22,406 nt of DNA. It comes from Ancylonema sp. (lineage: Eukaryota). Position numbers and translations under genes: made by a program. This document shows positions 11,242-22,100 of this stretch, in pieces (within the stretch, counting starts at the first letter, position 1; each line of letters begins with the position of its first letter). The stretch lies in the NCBI GenBank assembly GCA_050230475.1, contig JBFLGF010000037.1, positions 62,001 to 84,406 of the forward strand. The letters run 5' to 3'. The notes under the pieces were generated by a model. That model was given only the letters and a program-made list of their open reading frames with translations, made no database searches and was not told the origin of the DNA.

Positions 11242-12129
11242 TTGTTAATACATGTTGTGATCGTGTCAATGTGCACTTGTAAGCGGAGAGGTTTTTTTTA
11301 GATTCGCTCAAATATTTATCGGATAAATGATGTACTATTCAAACATGTGAGCAAGATCAAACATCACCTTTTCGACACTCGATCATTTAGGTAATTTTAC
11401 TTTGGGCGGGAGTTCAACGATCAGCATTAACTTCTTTTGTACAATAAATTTCGTCGTTACGTAGTGGGTAGTGCTAAATTACGGTGTTTGTCACATAACT
11501 TGGTAAATCGAAATAATTGTTCTCTTCACACACATTTCTTTTTTGTTTGAAGCTTACCTCGATGTGTCTCGACCATCTCGTCATTTGAAACATTGTAGGC
11601 AATATCGTATCGTTGTCATGCCGCTAGAGATCGTTATAAAGTAAAGTCTTTTTAATTGTCGATCCGCTTGAAAAATAGCAATTATGGTAATTGTCGATTT
11701 TTAGTCGTTATATCGAACTCTGTCGTTATATGAGTTTCGATCAGTCAGACGCTTGATTTGATAATTTTGTTACACTCCATAAATCTAGAGAAGTCGGTGT
11801 AGTACTTTTTAGATTTTAATGCGGAGTATTTTGTCGTATCGACGAGTTAGTAGAGTCCCAGTGCGCGCCGAGTTTTATTTCAGTCAGCCAGCCTGGCTAG
11901 TGAACTGCCGCACGTGTAATATCTAGAAATCTAGAATAGACAGTCACGATTACCTATATAGTCGATATTTGTCTTCATTCATAGATCAAGATAAGATCTA
12001 CATTACCGCGCGTGTGAAACGGCGCGTCGATTGTACTAAAGCCTAAGTTGCTTTCTGAACTTCCAGAACACCAGAGATATGTGCATATATGCAGCATATG
12101 CCACAGGTGTCGGTATTTTCAATTCTGTC

Positions 12130-12916
12130 ATGAGTAAGGAAAAAGTGAAACCACAAGATGAGGTATTGACAGCCCTCACCAAAAAATATGTCACATTCTC
12201 ACCTGTCGTTGCGTGTCATGCACCAGGTCCCATCATTCTTTCATAACGTAAGGTAGAAGAGAAGTGCGCCGTATGTTTTCAACCAGGCCATCTCTAGCAG
12301 GATTGCCCTCGCGATCACCTGACAAAAGAAGAATGGCAGAAACAACAGGCGGGCATTCCTGTGGTTTTGCAGGGCAAGGTACCATCAATTCACTCCACAG
12401 TCAAAACCGAGAACACCAAGCCATTTATTGAACCAGATGCACGCATCACCACCAACTGGACGGTGCCTGTCATTGAAAAGAACAAACAAATTTCTTCATA
12501 GAAGAAATCGAACCCACAGGAGACATGGTTTTGGTCACTAGGTCAGGAGATTGTGTGATCGGTGTAACCATGGCAAAACCACTCGGCATCACCAAGGCAG
12601 ACTTAGACCCTGGTGAAGAATAACTACCTCGTCAGGACAGACCAACACATCTTTGGGAGTCACCAAGAGGGATTACGGGATCACCATTGGGCAGGGCAAG
12701 TTCCAAACCACAGTTCCAGTACGTCTCACTTTGTCACCCTCCGACAAGTATTCGATCCTCCTGGGCAATTCTTTCAGTGTTCCCATCGGTGGGATTGTCG
12801 ACAGTTGGGGACACCGCTTCCACTACCGAGTGGACTGGGAAATAAGAGGAGACAGGATGGTATATGTCCCTATCATCACCCATGGGCTCAATGCTACTCA
12901 GAAGTTTAACCTATAA
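12130..12916 (+). pseudogene. Gag remnant (CCHC zinc knuckle) and retropepsin-like aspartic protease remnant
   Basis: CAVCFQPGHL*QDC (CX2CX4HX4C) at 12265-12306. MVLVTRSGDCVIG at 12525-12563 reads as an eroded LDTGS motif (gtc act agg is two substitutions from gac act ggg). YSILLGNSF matches the C-terminal ILG motif of retropepsins. Confidence 0.7.
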
Positions 12917-13445
12917 ACTTTTGGAGTGGCTTACATGAACCACGGACTTCCACACGATACCACCTACACCACCATGGACACCTTTCTCAAGAACGATGAC
13001 GAAACGATGTTCGCCACGAACGAGGATGAAGACATTCTTGCAGACTTTGAATTTTTGGTGGCACAAGAGGGATATGAGTATTGCCTCAGCGACACCATCA
13101 CCTGATCCAGCCACTTTTCCTGTTTATGACACAGCGACTCAGGATTGGGAACTTGACACCATTCGTTATCTGGCAACCCGCAAACACTCTGAGATCCGTG
13201 ACGCACACAAGCTCAAGCTTTTCACTGCAACCACGAGTCTGGCACAAGTCAACGAGGCAAATGCAACCACCAAGATCCACAAGCTTAGGTTGGATAGCAG
13301 CATCATGATCCAGCATGCCATCGACGTTGTGCGCCGACACCCCGTTCCCCCCTTGCATTCTGAATGGCAGGGAATACCAATTCGAGACGCGGTTCCCATC
13401 ACCCCTCGATACGACGTTCGTTTTAACCCTGGCGCATTGCAACGT

Positions 13446-14430
13446 GGACTTAACGTGTGGGATCCTTTTGGAGGAACCAGTTGTGCAGGCGTGACAATCG
13501 TCGTGAACGCCAACTACAACTGCGGTGCCTACAACAACAACGACATCAACGTCGACGCTCGATCCGTGACACGAGCGTTGTTTCCCAAGATCCAAGCACG
13601 TCATCCATGGCAACTTCCGTCAAGTGCAATTCGAGGATTTGACACTAGATTCCCTCATGACAATTCGCAGATTTCGAATGCTCATCTTGACAGGTTCATC
13701 GCAGACAAAGGACCTATCGATTCTATTTTTGCAAGGTGAGGGCGCCAAATGGTCAGCAAGGCAAGTAACCCGAAGGGGTACAAAGACGAACGGTTCCCAT
13801 ACTTCTTCGACCTCATCCGCTGGATTAACCACTTGATCAAAGTCCAGCCTTACCCACCCATCTTCGTCTTGGAGAACACTTACCCTTTCGACGACTCTCC
13901 GAAAGAGATCCAATACACCACAGTCCTCATCAAGTCATTTCTCGGATACCCCGCAGTTGTCGATGCATGCAGTGTTGGCGGTTTCGCTCACCGAGAACGA
14001 TGTCTCTGGACGAACTTCATACCACCTCACATTCTAGAGTTGGCGATTCCGGCCACTCCACCGTTGCAACCCTTGACTAAGGTCCTTGATCTGAACCATC
14101 GTCCAATAGTCGTCACCACAAACGACACGCCACCCCGTGCATTGGTCGATAAGATTGGGCAACCACGCAAGGCTATGCCTACCATTGTGTCTTACCCTGG
14201 CAGCTTTTAATACCGATTTCAGGGAGATTCACCTGGTCCGGGTATGGTATACAACCTGCATTCCCAGCAATGGGAGATACCCAATATTTGGGAAAGGGAA
14301 CGCCTCATGGGATTTGAGGATGGAGACACGGCTGCACCAAGCATCACCATTGATGCACGTTGTCAGCTCAGTGGTCGAACCATGGACAACAATATGTAAG
14401 TATGGTTAGGCGGCATTCTCATGGCATCCC
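13446..14430 (+). pseudogene. DNMT3-like C5-cytosine DNA methyltransferase domain within the retrotransposon pol, inactivated
   Basis: One frame holds motif I GLNVWDPFGG (13446-13475), motif IV remnant DSIFAR*GRQ (stop 13737-13739, Cys position now CGC at 13743-13745) and motif VI FVLENT (13863-13880). It also holds motif VIII AHRERCLWTN (13986-14015), motif IX ERERLMGF (14292-14315) and motif X-like R..L.GRTMD (to 14387). Further stops at 14208 and 14397. Confidence 0.88.
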
Positions 14431-14552
14431 ACAATTCACCCTTGTACATCGACACCCTTCCTCTGTCGGTTACATCACACCCTCGCTAGGAAACAGACCC
14501 CACCACTCATAGCATTGAGCGGGGGGGGGGCACCTAGAACATCCCCAAGCAG

Positions 14553-15322
14553 CAGGGATGCATCGGGACGGCAAAAATGTATGCAAACGCCGTTTTGCAA
14601 ACGCAGACGTACGGAATACGTCCGGACGCCAAAAGTGTTGCAAAACGTTTGCATTTCGCAAACGTCCGCAAATTTATTCCTAGATAGGTCCGTTCCCGGC
14701 TAAGCCGTAAACCTATTATATCCGGCGGACTCTCTATTTTGTCGCACCCCCAGTTTGTCTTCGTCAGTTTGTTGTATCCCCGTTTATGTCAGCATTACAT
14801 TTCCCCCGTGTTTTCCGTGTCCCCATCGTTTTGTCCGGTAGCACGTCCCTATTTTGTCGTGTCTTCCGTTCCACCATTGTATCTTGGCCCGTAGCCCGTC
14901 TCCCGTTCCATCATAGATTATGTTTGTCGTGTGTGAGACAGAATCTTTCAATTTTCTGAAATAGCATTTGACGGGTGAGCGTCGTTCACGACCCTGTCAC
15001 ATCCCCCGATGCCGTCCGAATCCCCTGTTGTCAGTAGATTATGTACACATTCTCGACCGAATCTACCTGTTTTTTTTTAAATCCAGAGTCATTAGTACGG
15101 ATATGTACGGACATGTATGGACTGTACGGACGCAAACGTTTGCAAGCGCAAACGTTTGCATCCGTACAGTCCGTACCCGTTTGCCGCATTTCACGGCCGT
15201 ATTCCTGACGTTTGCGGGCAAATTCGTACGCCGTTCGCATTTGCAAGAGCCGGCACATTGCCATCGGCCCCGTCCGGAAAACGTGTTGTACAGAAAACGG
15301 GCCCCGGCTCGGTGCATCACTA
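14553..15322. mobile_element. Non-autonomous hAT-type element, 770 bp, inserted between DNMT and RT
   Basis: 8-bp TSD CCAAGCAG (14545-14552) and CCAAGTAG (15323-15330). TIRs CAGGGATGCATCGGGACGG versus TAGTGATGCACCGAGCCGG (reverse complement of right end), 14/19 matches. GCAAACG and CGTACGG subterminal repeats occur at both ends. Confidence 0.88.
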
Positions 15323-15757
15323 CCAAGTAGTACCATACACTGCATTATGACACCAAGGAGGAGGAGTTTTATGACAACCAGGATTGAGCATTCACTGTTG
15401 ACTCATCTCAAAAACACTATATGCATGAAGCAAGTCCCCTCACCCAGGAACTTCTTGCAGCTACGGATGGTACCTTGCCGGAGATCGAGTGTGGCCTTTT
15501 TTATCCTCCCGAAGAATTGCCACCTACAATAGCGGAGACAGAGTTCCAATAGAAGATTGGTGACCATCTCACCCTGGCAGAAAAGGCAGAAGTTTTGAAT
15601 CAAATCGAGATTGCTTTGCATTTAGCCTTGAAGAACTGGGAACTTCTAACAACACACCGATGGAGTTACCCCTCGACACCACTGGATCCATATTTCAAGG
15701 GTCTCACAAGCTTAGCTAGACAGAGTGGGACTTTGTGGAATCCAACTGTAAAAAAAT

Positions 15758-16900
15758 TGCACGACCTTGGTATGATTCGGCCTAGTTCAGGCAACACAAA
15801 GTGTGCATCTGCCACAGTGGTAGTTCGCAAGAAGGACGAAGACAGACGATATACAAACTTTCGCCGATGTGGAGACTACCGACCTATCAACAGTCACACC
15901 CGCACTGGATAGATACCCCTTACCCAAGATCGAAGATATTTTTTGTTGAGATGCAAGACGCCAAAATCTTCAGCAAGATGGATCTGCGACAAGGACATCA
16001 CCAGATCCCCGTCAGGGAAGAGGATAAGTCGAAGACAACATTTTGGGGGCTAACCGCAAACTTTGGGAGTGGAATGTGGTACCCTATGGTCTCAAAAATG
16101 CACCACCTTTTTTTCAGCGCACCATGGACGCTATCCTCAACGGGCTCACCAATGCACGATGTTAACATCGACGACATCACCAATTGGAGTAAAGCTTTCA
16201 AAGATCATCTCATGCATCTGCAACAAGTCTTCATAGACTTCGTCAGTACAAACTTAAATGTCACCCTGGTAAATGTCTCTTCTTTGCCAAGGAAATGGAA
16301 TTTCTCGGACACAAACTCACCCCCGAAGGCATCACCCCGCAGGACGAGAAAACCAAGGCCATTCGTGACATGCGAGCACCCAAGGATGTTCACCAACTCC
16401 GTGGTGTACTCGGTTTTTTCTCTTATTATCGCAAGTTTGTACCTCAGTTTTCGTGCATTGCAGCTCCCTTCAACACCCTCCTCAAAGGCGACGTGAAGTG
16501 GCATTGGTCAGAACCGCAACAACAGAGCTTCGACGACCTCAAGAAACATCCTTGTTCGGAACCAGTCCTTCGACGCCCCGACATGAAGAAAGATTTTCTC
16601 CTCGCCACCGATTGGAGCCAGCATGGATTGGGAGATGTCATTAGCCAACTTGACGACGAAGGTACTGAGTATGCCGTTGCGTTCGCATCCCGCAGTTGTA
16701 ATCCTGCAGAGAAAAACTACAGCAGTTTTTATGGCGAATGTTTGGTAGTGATTTGGGCAGTGCAACATTTTCGACAATTTATTTTTGGTCGACTATTCGG
16801 CCTTATTACTGACCACGCACCCTTGAAGTGGATCATGACAACCACCAAGCTGACAGGCAAGTTAGCGCGCTAGGCATTGTTATTGCAAGAGTATGAGTTT
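15758..16900 (+). pseudogene. Ty3/Gypsy reverse transcriptase and RNase H, frameshifted
   Basis: Across frames: LHDLGMIRPS, RRCGDYRPIN, DRYPLPKIEDI, FSKMDLRQGHHQI, VPYGLKNAPPFFQR, NIDD (eroded YxDD, 16164-16175), EFLGH and GFFSYYRKFV. RNase H motifs: LATDWS, ASRSCNPAEKNYS, GECL and TDHAPLKW. Confidence 0.93.
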
Positions 16901-17109
16901 GATGTGGTACATAGGGTAGGCATATTTAACGCCAATGTAGACGGATGTAGTAGGTGCCCCTTACTAGCAGCAACAACTCTTGATCACGAAATCGATACCT
17001 TGGGCGAGAAGACACCCTGCTATCTCTTCCAACCACCACCAATCTGGGCCATCTCACTCAATTATTTCATCAGCTATCACCAAGACTCCGCACCCGAGGT
17101 GGAACCAAC

Positions 17110-17825
17110 ACTCGACATTTGGGATGACAAACCCGTCATGCATCTTCTCAAAACCCACGAGTATGTTCCTAACCTGAGTGCCATCGAACGTGACCGAGTT
17201 TATCGCCGAGGACTGAAGTACAAATGGTTAGGAGGTAACTTGTACAAAAAACCTTCCTCTAACAAACTGATGTTTGTTCCCTCACCACCCGAACGCATGC
17301 CGCTCATCGAAACCCTCCACAACCGTTATCGAAATTTCGGTGTCAAACGGATTCTTCACGCTTTGCAGCAAGATTATTGGTGGCATTGCATGGGTGATAT
17401 GGTTATCCTGTTCATCCGTAACTGCACCGTTTGCTCTCGTTCCAAAACCAATTTCCGTCAGGAACGCACACAACTTCAACCCTCGCCCATTCGTGGATTG
17501 TTTTACCGCTGGGGCATTGATTTTTGTGGTCCTTTTCCACCAACCGCATAAGGGAACAAGTACATTCTTGTGGCAGTTGACCATTTCAGCAAGTGGGCTG
17601 AATTCATGGCGGTACCTAATAAGAGCGCAAAAACCACTTCTGATGCACTTCTTGACCACATCCTCGCCCGCTTTGGAGCACCCGGGGAAGTCATCACTGA
17701 CCAAGGCTCTGAGTTTGAAGGGGCTTTTCACACCCTTCTCAATTAACATCATATCACCCACCGCACTGCTGGCCGAGAGCACCCACAATTAGATAGGTTG
17801 GCTGAACGCCTAGTAAAAACCCTCA
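17110..17825 (+). pseudogene. Ty3/Gypsy integrase (zinc-binding region and DDE core), truncated by an insertion
   Basis: LH....FGVKR..YWW..CTVC, WGIDFCGPFP, VAVDHFSKW, VITDQGSEF and LAERLVKTL in one frame with stops at 17549 and 17744. Homology ends abruptly at 17825. Confidence 0.92.
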
Positions 17826-18008
17826 TAGTAGCATCAAAACGCGTACGCGTTTTGCAAACGCAAAACGTCCGAACGTCAAAACGGCACTTTTAGCCGTACG
17901 GACGCAACACCATACGCAAGTCCAAACGCACATTTCCAAACGTCCGTATATTGTACGGCCGTTTGCCAAACGGCCGTACACTAGTTTTTTTTTTGTTTTT
18001 TTTTTTTT
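17826..18008. mobile_element. Left end of a TIR element related to the 14553-15322 MITE
   Basis: Starts TAGTAGCATC exactly where the integrase frame breaks. Shares CGTTTTGCAAACGCA, CGTACGGA and AAACGTCCG motifs with the MITE. No right end or second TSD copy was seen. Confidence 0.65.
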
Positions 18009-18301
18009 CCTAGTAGTGTTAATAAGTTATTTTTACATTACTTTCATTTTCGATATTCCTTTTCTTTTTTTTCTTTTTTTTCCGTTTCCGTAGCTTTTGC
18101 CTTGCAAGTTAATAATTTCCCTATTATTTCCCTATTATTTCCCGATTCTTATATTCTTTTATTCTTCACCACATCTTTTATTTCAAGTTCCATACTTAAC
18201 ATTCTGGATTGACATCGATTGATTCTCAACCACATAATGGATCTGGTTGGGAAAAAGTGTTCCGATATTACGTAATATCATCATTTTGGTAGAGGTATAA
18301 T

Positions 18302-18410
18302 CTGGGTTGCACAATACGCAATACGGTATAAATACGCTAGGGTCACAATACGCCGTATTTCGCGTATTGAAATTTCGCGATTAGAAAATACGCGTATTGT
18401 CAATAAATAT
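18302..18410. repeat. Cluster of AATACG/CGTATT direct and inverted motifs, probable subterminal region of another TIR element
   Basis: About eight AATACG or CGTATT hexamers within 110 bp after CTGGGTTGCAC. The element interpretation is inference. Confidence 0.45.
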
Positions 18411-18903
18411 TCGTTTTCCCACGCTTTTATACCCCACACATATCCGGAAGGACGGAGTGATGGGGTGTTGGAATATTTTGGATAGCCATGTATTATGCTT
18501 GCTAGTCCAGTTGTAACCGGTTACTCTAACCGGGAGCAATATTCCTAGTTGTGGTTATATGCGGGGCCGGGCACGTTTGTGTCCGGGCACCTGACATGTT
18601 GCCGACACTTAGAGACGTTATTGCTTGACGTGTTGTGAGTGTCAGAAATGTCCGGCATGTGCCGTTGACACGTAGATGAGTTGTCACTCAACGATAGGCC
18701 GACGGTCAATTGTACCGACCCGTCGGCACACAACGACATGTAAAACGCATCGGGTATTACCATCCCCGATGCGATCACAATAATTAATTCGTTCCACACA
18801 CGCATCTCCTGACTCGTTGATCATCAGTGATAGAGATCCTTTTGCGTACGGTTCGTTTTGTCGCCCACCAATCTCCTGCACGTCTATCACTCAAAAGCTT
18901 ATA

Positions 18904-18916
18904 GGTTATGGGCCCA
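18904..18916 (+). promoter_or_regulatory. Primer-binding site GGTTATGGGCCCA, half-tRNA(iMet) type
   Basis: Matches the PBS type of Drosophila copia and other Hemivirus-like elements, which pairs with the anticodon-arm region of initiator tRNA-Met. It lies about 250 bp upstream of the gag ATG. Confidence 0.85.
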
Positions 18917-19159
18917 CGTGCGGTCTAGTTCAGACGCCGTGTGGTTAAGAACTACAAGCTCTCTACGCGATTCGCTGCAATAATCTCTGAAAACGGTGAA
19001 TTCTGCCAGTGAGCGCAAATTTATCCGTAGTTGTTAAGTGCTGCACGCAATTTCGACATTGCGCTGCAAGAATTCGAGCTGAGTGCTGCATTGCAGGAAT
19101 TGCACTGAGACGAGTTGCTGAGTGAGAAACTCGAAAAATCCTAAACAATTGCTGCCACA

Positions 19160-22100
19160 ATGTCGGATAGGTCGCAAATCCCACAGTTCACTGGAGCAGA
19201 TTACACAGGATGGGCCTTCAAGGTTAAATATGGGGAGGCGGACAAAAAGCTGCATCGTGTGGTGATTGATTGGGACAGCCTGCTGCGGAGGTGTCGTCCA
19301 GACGTTATACTTCCATTGACACCAGACAACGAGCTGCAATTTGCCGCCAGGGGGATCTCGACGTGGACGTCGAGAGAGAGATTGGTTAGGGAGCAGCAGA
19401 TTTCCCCCAGCAGCTGCTGCAGCTCGAGAAATGGGATGAGGACAATCTGGCTGCCATGTCCTACATAGTGAAACACTTGGGTCCTTGAGCTGACACGTCA
19501 CGGACTGCACGACACCTGCCGAAATGTGGGACGCCCTGAGGACATTCTACCAAGTGCAGGGAGCGATTGAGATCGCGACCGAGGCGTTGCTGAGCGCGAT
19601 CATGCAGACTGAGGCGGAGGACCTCAACGTATATGTCAAGATATGTCCAGCAGCTACACCAGGGTTTGAAGAATCTGGGTGCGCCCGTAACTCCTTGAAC
19701 AGGCGATCACCTGCTCAACTCCCTCAACACTCATTACAGCCCAATGGTCTTGACGCTGATGCCGTGGTCAGAATCGTCACCACATCTGTTTACGATTCCC
19801 CACATCGTCAGTGCGCTGCTGCGCGACGACGCCAGAAAGGAGCTGAATGAACGTAAGAGGGGGGCGCTGCCAGGAGGTCACCAAGCTCATTACGGTGGAC
19901 CTGGAGGGGGTAGCGGAGCTGGAGGCAGCAGCAGACCTGGTGGTGGGGGTGGAGCTGGTCGCAGAGACGCTAGAGGCGTCGAGTGCTTCAGCTACCACAA
20001 ATTTGGCCACATCAGGGCGAACTGTCTTTCACCAGCCATTGGCGGAGGCCATGCCGGAGCCTGGAAATGCCACAGGTGCCACCAAGCAGGCCACAGAGTT
20101 GCTCAGTGACCTGCGCCATCGCCAGCAGCTGGAAATGTTGCGCACGCGACTCAGGGAAGTTCAAGGGGGAGACTGAAGTGCAGATATTGCAACAAATTAG
20201 GGCATACAATTGACCAATGTAGAAAACGCACATCTGACATGGCTTTAATGAACCCAGAAGCTACTCGAAGGGCTGACGCACAGGCACGACTTGCTCGCTT
20301 TGCTGACAAACCTTTTGACGCTACTAATGTGGATTATCTGGCTTTTGGTGCATTCTCATTTGATGTTGCTCGAGCATTGTCTGCTGGTTCTCACACAGGA
20401 GACTCTCTGATCCTGGACTCAGGTGCTACAGACCACATCTTCACTGAACGAGAACATTTCGTGGAGTACACCCCAACCCTGAGCACGCAAAGAGCCTTCA
20501 TCACCATTGCTAACGGCTCGTCACACAAGGTAGCAGGCACGGGTTTCGTGAACATCCGAGTCCGAAATGGCGACACGTTCTTCGTACAGCCTCTCAACTC
20601 GATCCACGTCCCTACCCTTGCCTGCACCCTCGTGTCGACCTCGTGCCTCGTCAAAAGAGGTGGGCTGAGCTTCTTACAGCTGCCCACGGGTCCTGAATTG
20701 AAAAAGGGGAATGCGAAGTGGGCTGATGTACTGCAACAGCCTAGTGGTCTCACTTTGCTAGCTGCTACCATAATCACGCCTGGATCTCACAATACCACAA
20801 CAAACTTATCCACAGGCATGATCTGGCATCACAAACTGGGTCACCCCGGTGCTGATGTTATGTCAGACAGATTTTGTCAGACGTGGTGACATCCCACCCA
20901 CAGTTAAGTCCAGAAGAATTAACTGAAATCAAGGGTTGTCAGGTTTGCTGTCAGGGTAAAATGAGTCAGTTCAGTCACGCCAAGGCCAGCGAGGATCTGG
21001 GGACATGCCCCAAGATGGGTCGCATTCACCTGGATCTGATTGGACCTCTGTCTGTTAGGTCTGCTAATGGAGGTTTCACATATGCACAGACTGGGATTGA
21101 GGTGTCCACACGTCTGTCATTTGTCGGTTTACTGAAAACTAAGGATGAAGCACTGAACCGAGCAAAGGTCACTATACACTTGCTCGAGGTACAGTCAGGG
21201 TTGCCACTACAGTCTATACGGAAAAACAAGGGTGGGGAGTATGTGTCTCAGGACTGGATGAACTACTGTGGGGGGAAGGGAATTGACAAACAAACCACAG
21301 AAACATACAGTCTTGAACAAAATGGCATCTATGAGAGACTGAACAGAACCTTGACAGAAAAGATGCGATGCATAATCATTTGGTCAGGTCTACCGAAGTC
21401 ATATTGGGATGTTGCACTAATGCATGCAAACTGGTTAAGGAACAGAACTTCAACTAAGTCGCTCGCTAGCAAAATCCCAATTGAAGTCTGGGAGGGAAAA
21501 AAGATGAAAATGAACAAAACTCATAACTTTGGGTGTCTGGTGCAATATCTAAAAGTTGGGGCAGAAAAGAACAAGCAAGGGGACAAGTTTGCTCCTCGCA
21601 CTTGTTTTGGTGTATTTCTGGGGATGGCTGCGGGGAGTGCAGGCTACAACGTATTCGACCCTCATAGGGTGGGGGTGATAGCACGTATGGACGTGCGGTT
21701 CTTCGAGGAGGTGCCGGGGTACCCGAAACTGATGGGGGGGAGAGCTCCCCAGGTTGAGGCGGCAGCAGAAAAACATTTCTTTTATCTGTTCCCCGACACC
21801 GAAGATGAACCCCCAACAGCAATTGTGCCAGCAGCAGCAGTCCACCCCATCATGCCAGCAGTTCTGCAGCCAATGCCAGCAGTTCTGCAGCCAATGCCAG
21901 CACCACCAGAACCAGCAGTCCCTGAGCCAGCAGCTGCCAACGACCATCCGCACGACAACTTCCAGCCACAAGCTGCTAAGGTCCCCATCATTGCTATTGA
22001 GCTGTCCGACAGCCAGTCAGGGATCAACAATGCAGGAGGTGGAGATGCAGGGGAGGAGGAGGTGCAAAGAGGGGGTGCAAACCCAGGAGTGGGAGAGCCA

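Larger units (their letters stand above)
12130..17825 (+). mobile_element. Decayed Ty3/Gypsy LTR retrotransposon internal region carrying a cytosine DNA methyltransferase (ZnK-PR-DNMT-RT-RNaseH-INT). LTRs not identified.
   Basis: RT-RNaseH-INT order diagnostic of Ty3/Gypsy, with all domains on the + strand. Many stops and frameshifts. Interrupted by a MITE at 14553-15322 and cut at 17826. Confidence 0.9.

Noticed and set aside
11240..12129. Possible 5' LTR and PBS of the Gypsy-DNMT element
   Set aside because: No second copy is in the window, and I could not identify a convincing TG...CA pair or tRNA-complementary PBS.
12996..14430. Methyltransferase as a host gene or a bacterial restriction-modification contaminant
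   Set aside because: It has no introns, unlike the host genes here, and no partner nuclease. It is collinear with and as decayed as the surrounding pol domains.
14968..15350. Overlapping 77-120 aa ORFs
   Set aside because: They lie inside the non-coding MITE and reflect its GCAAACG/CGTACG repeats.
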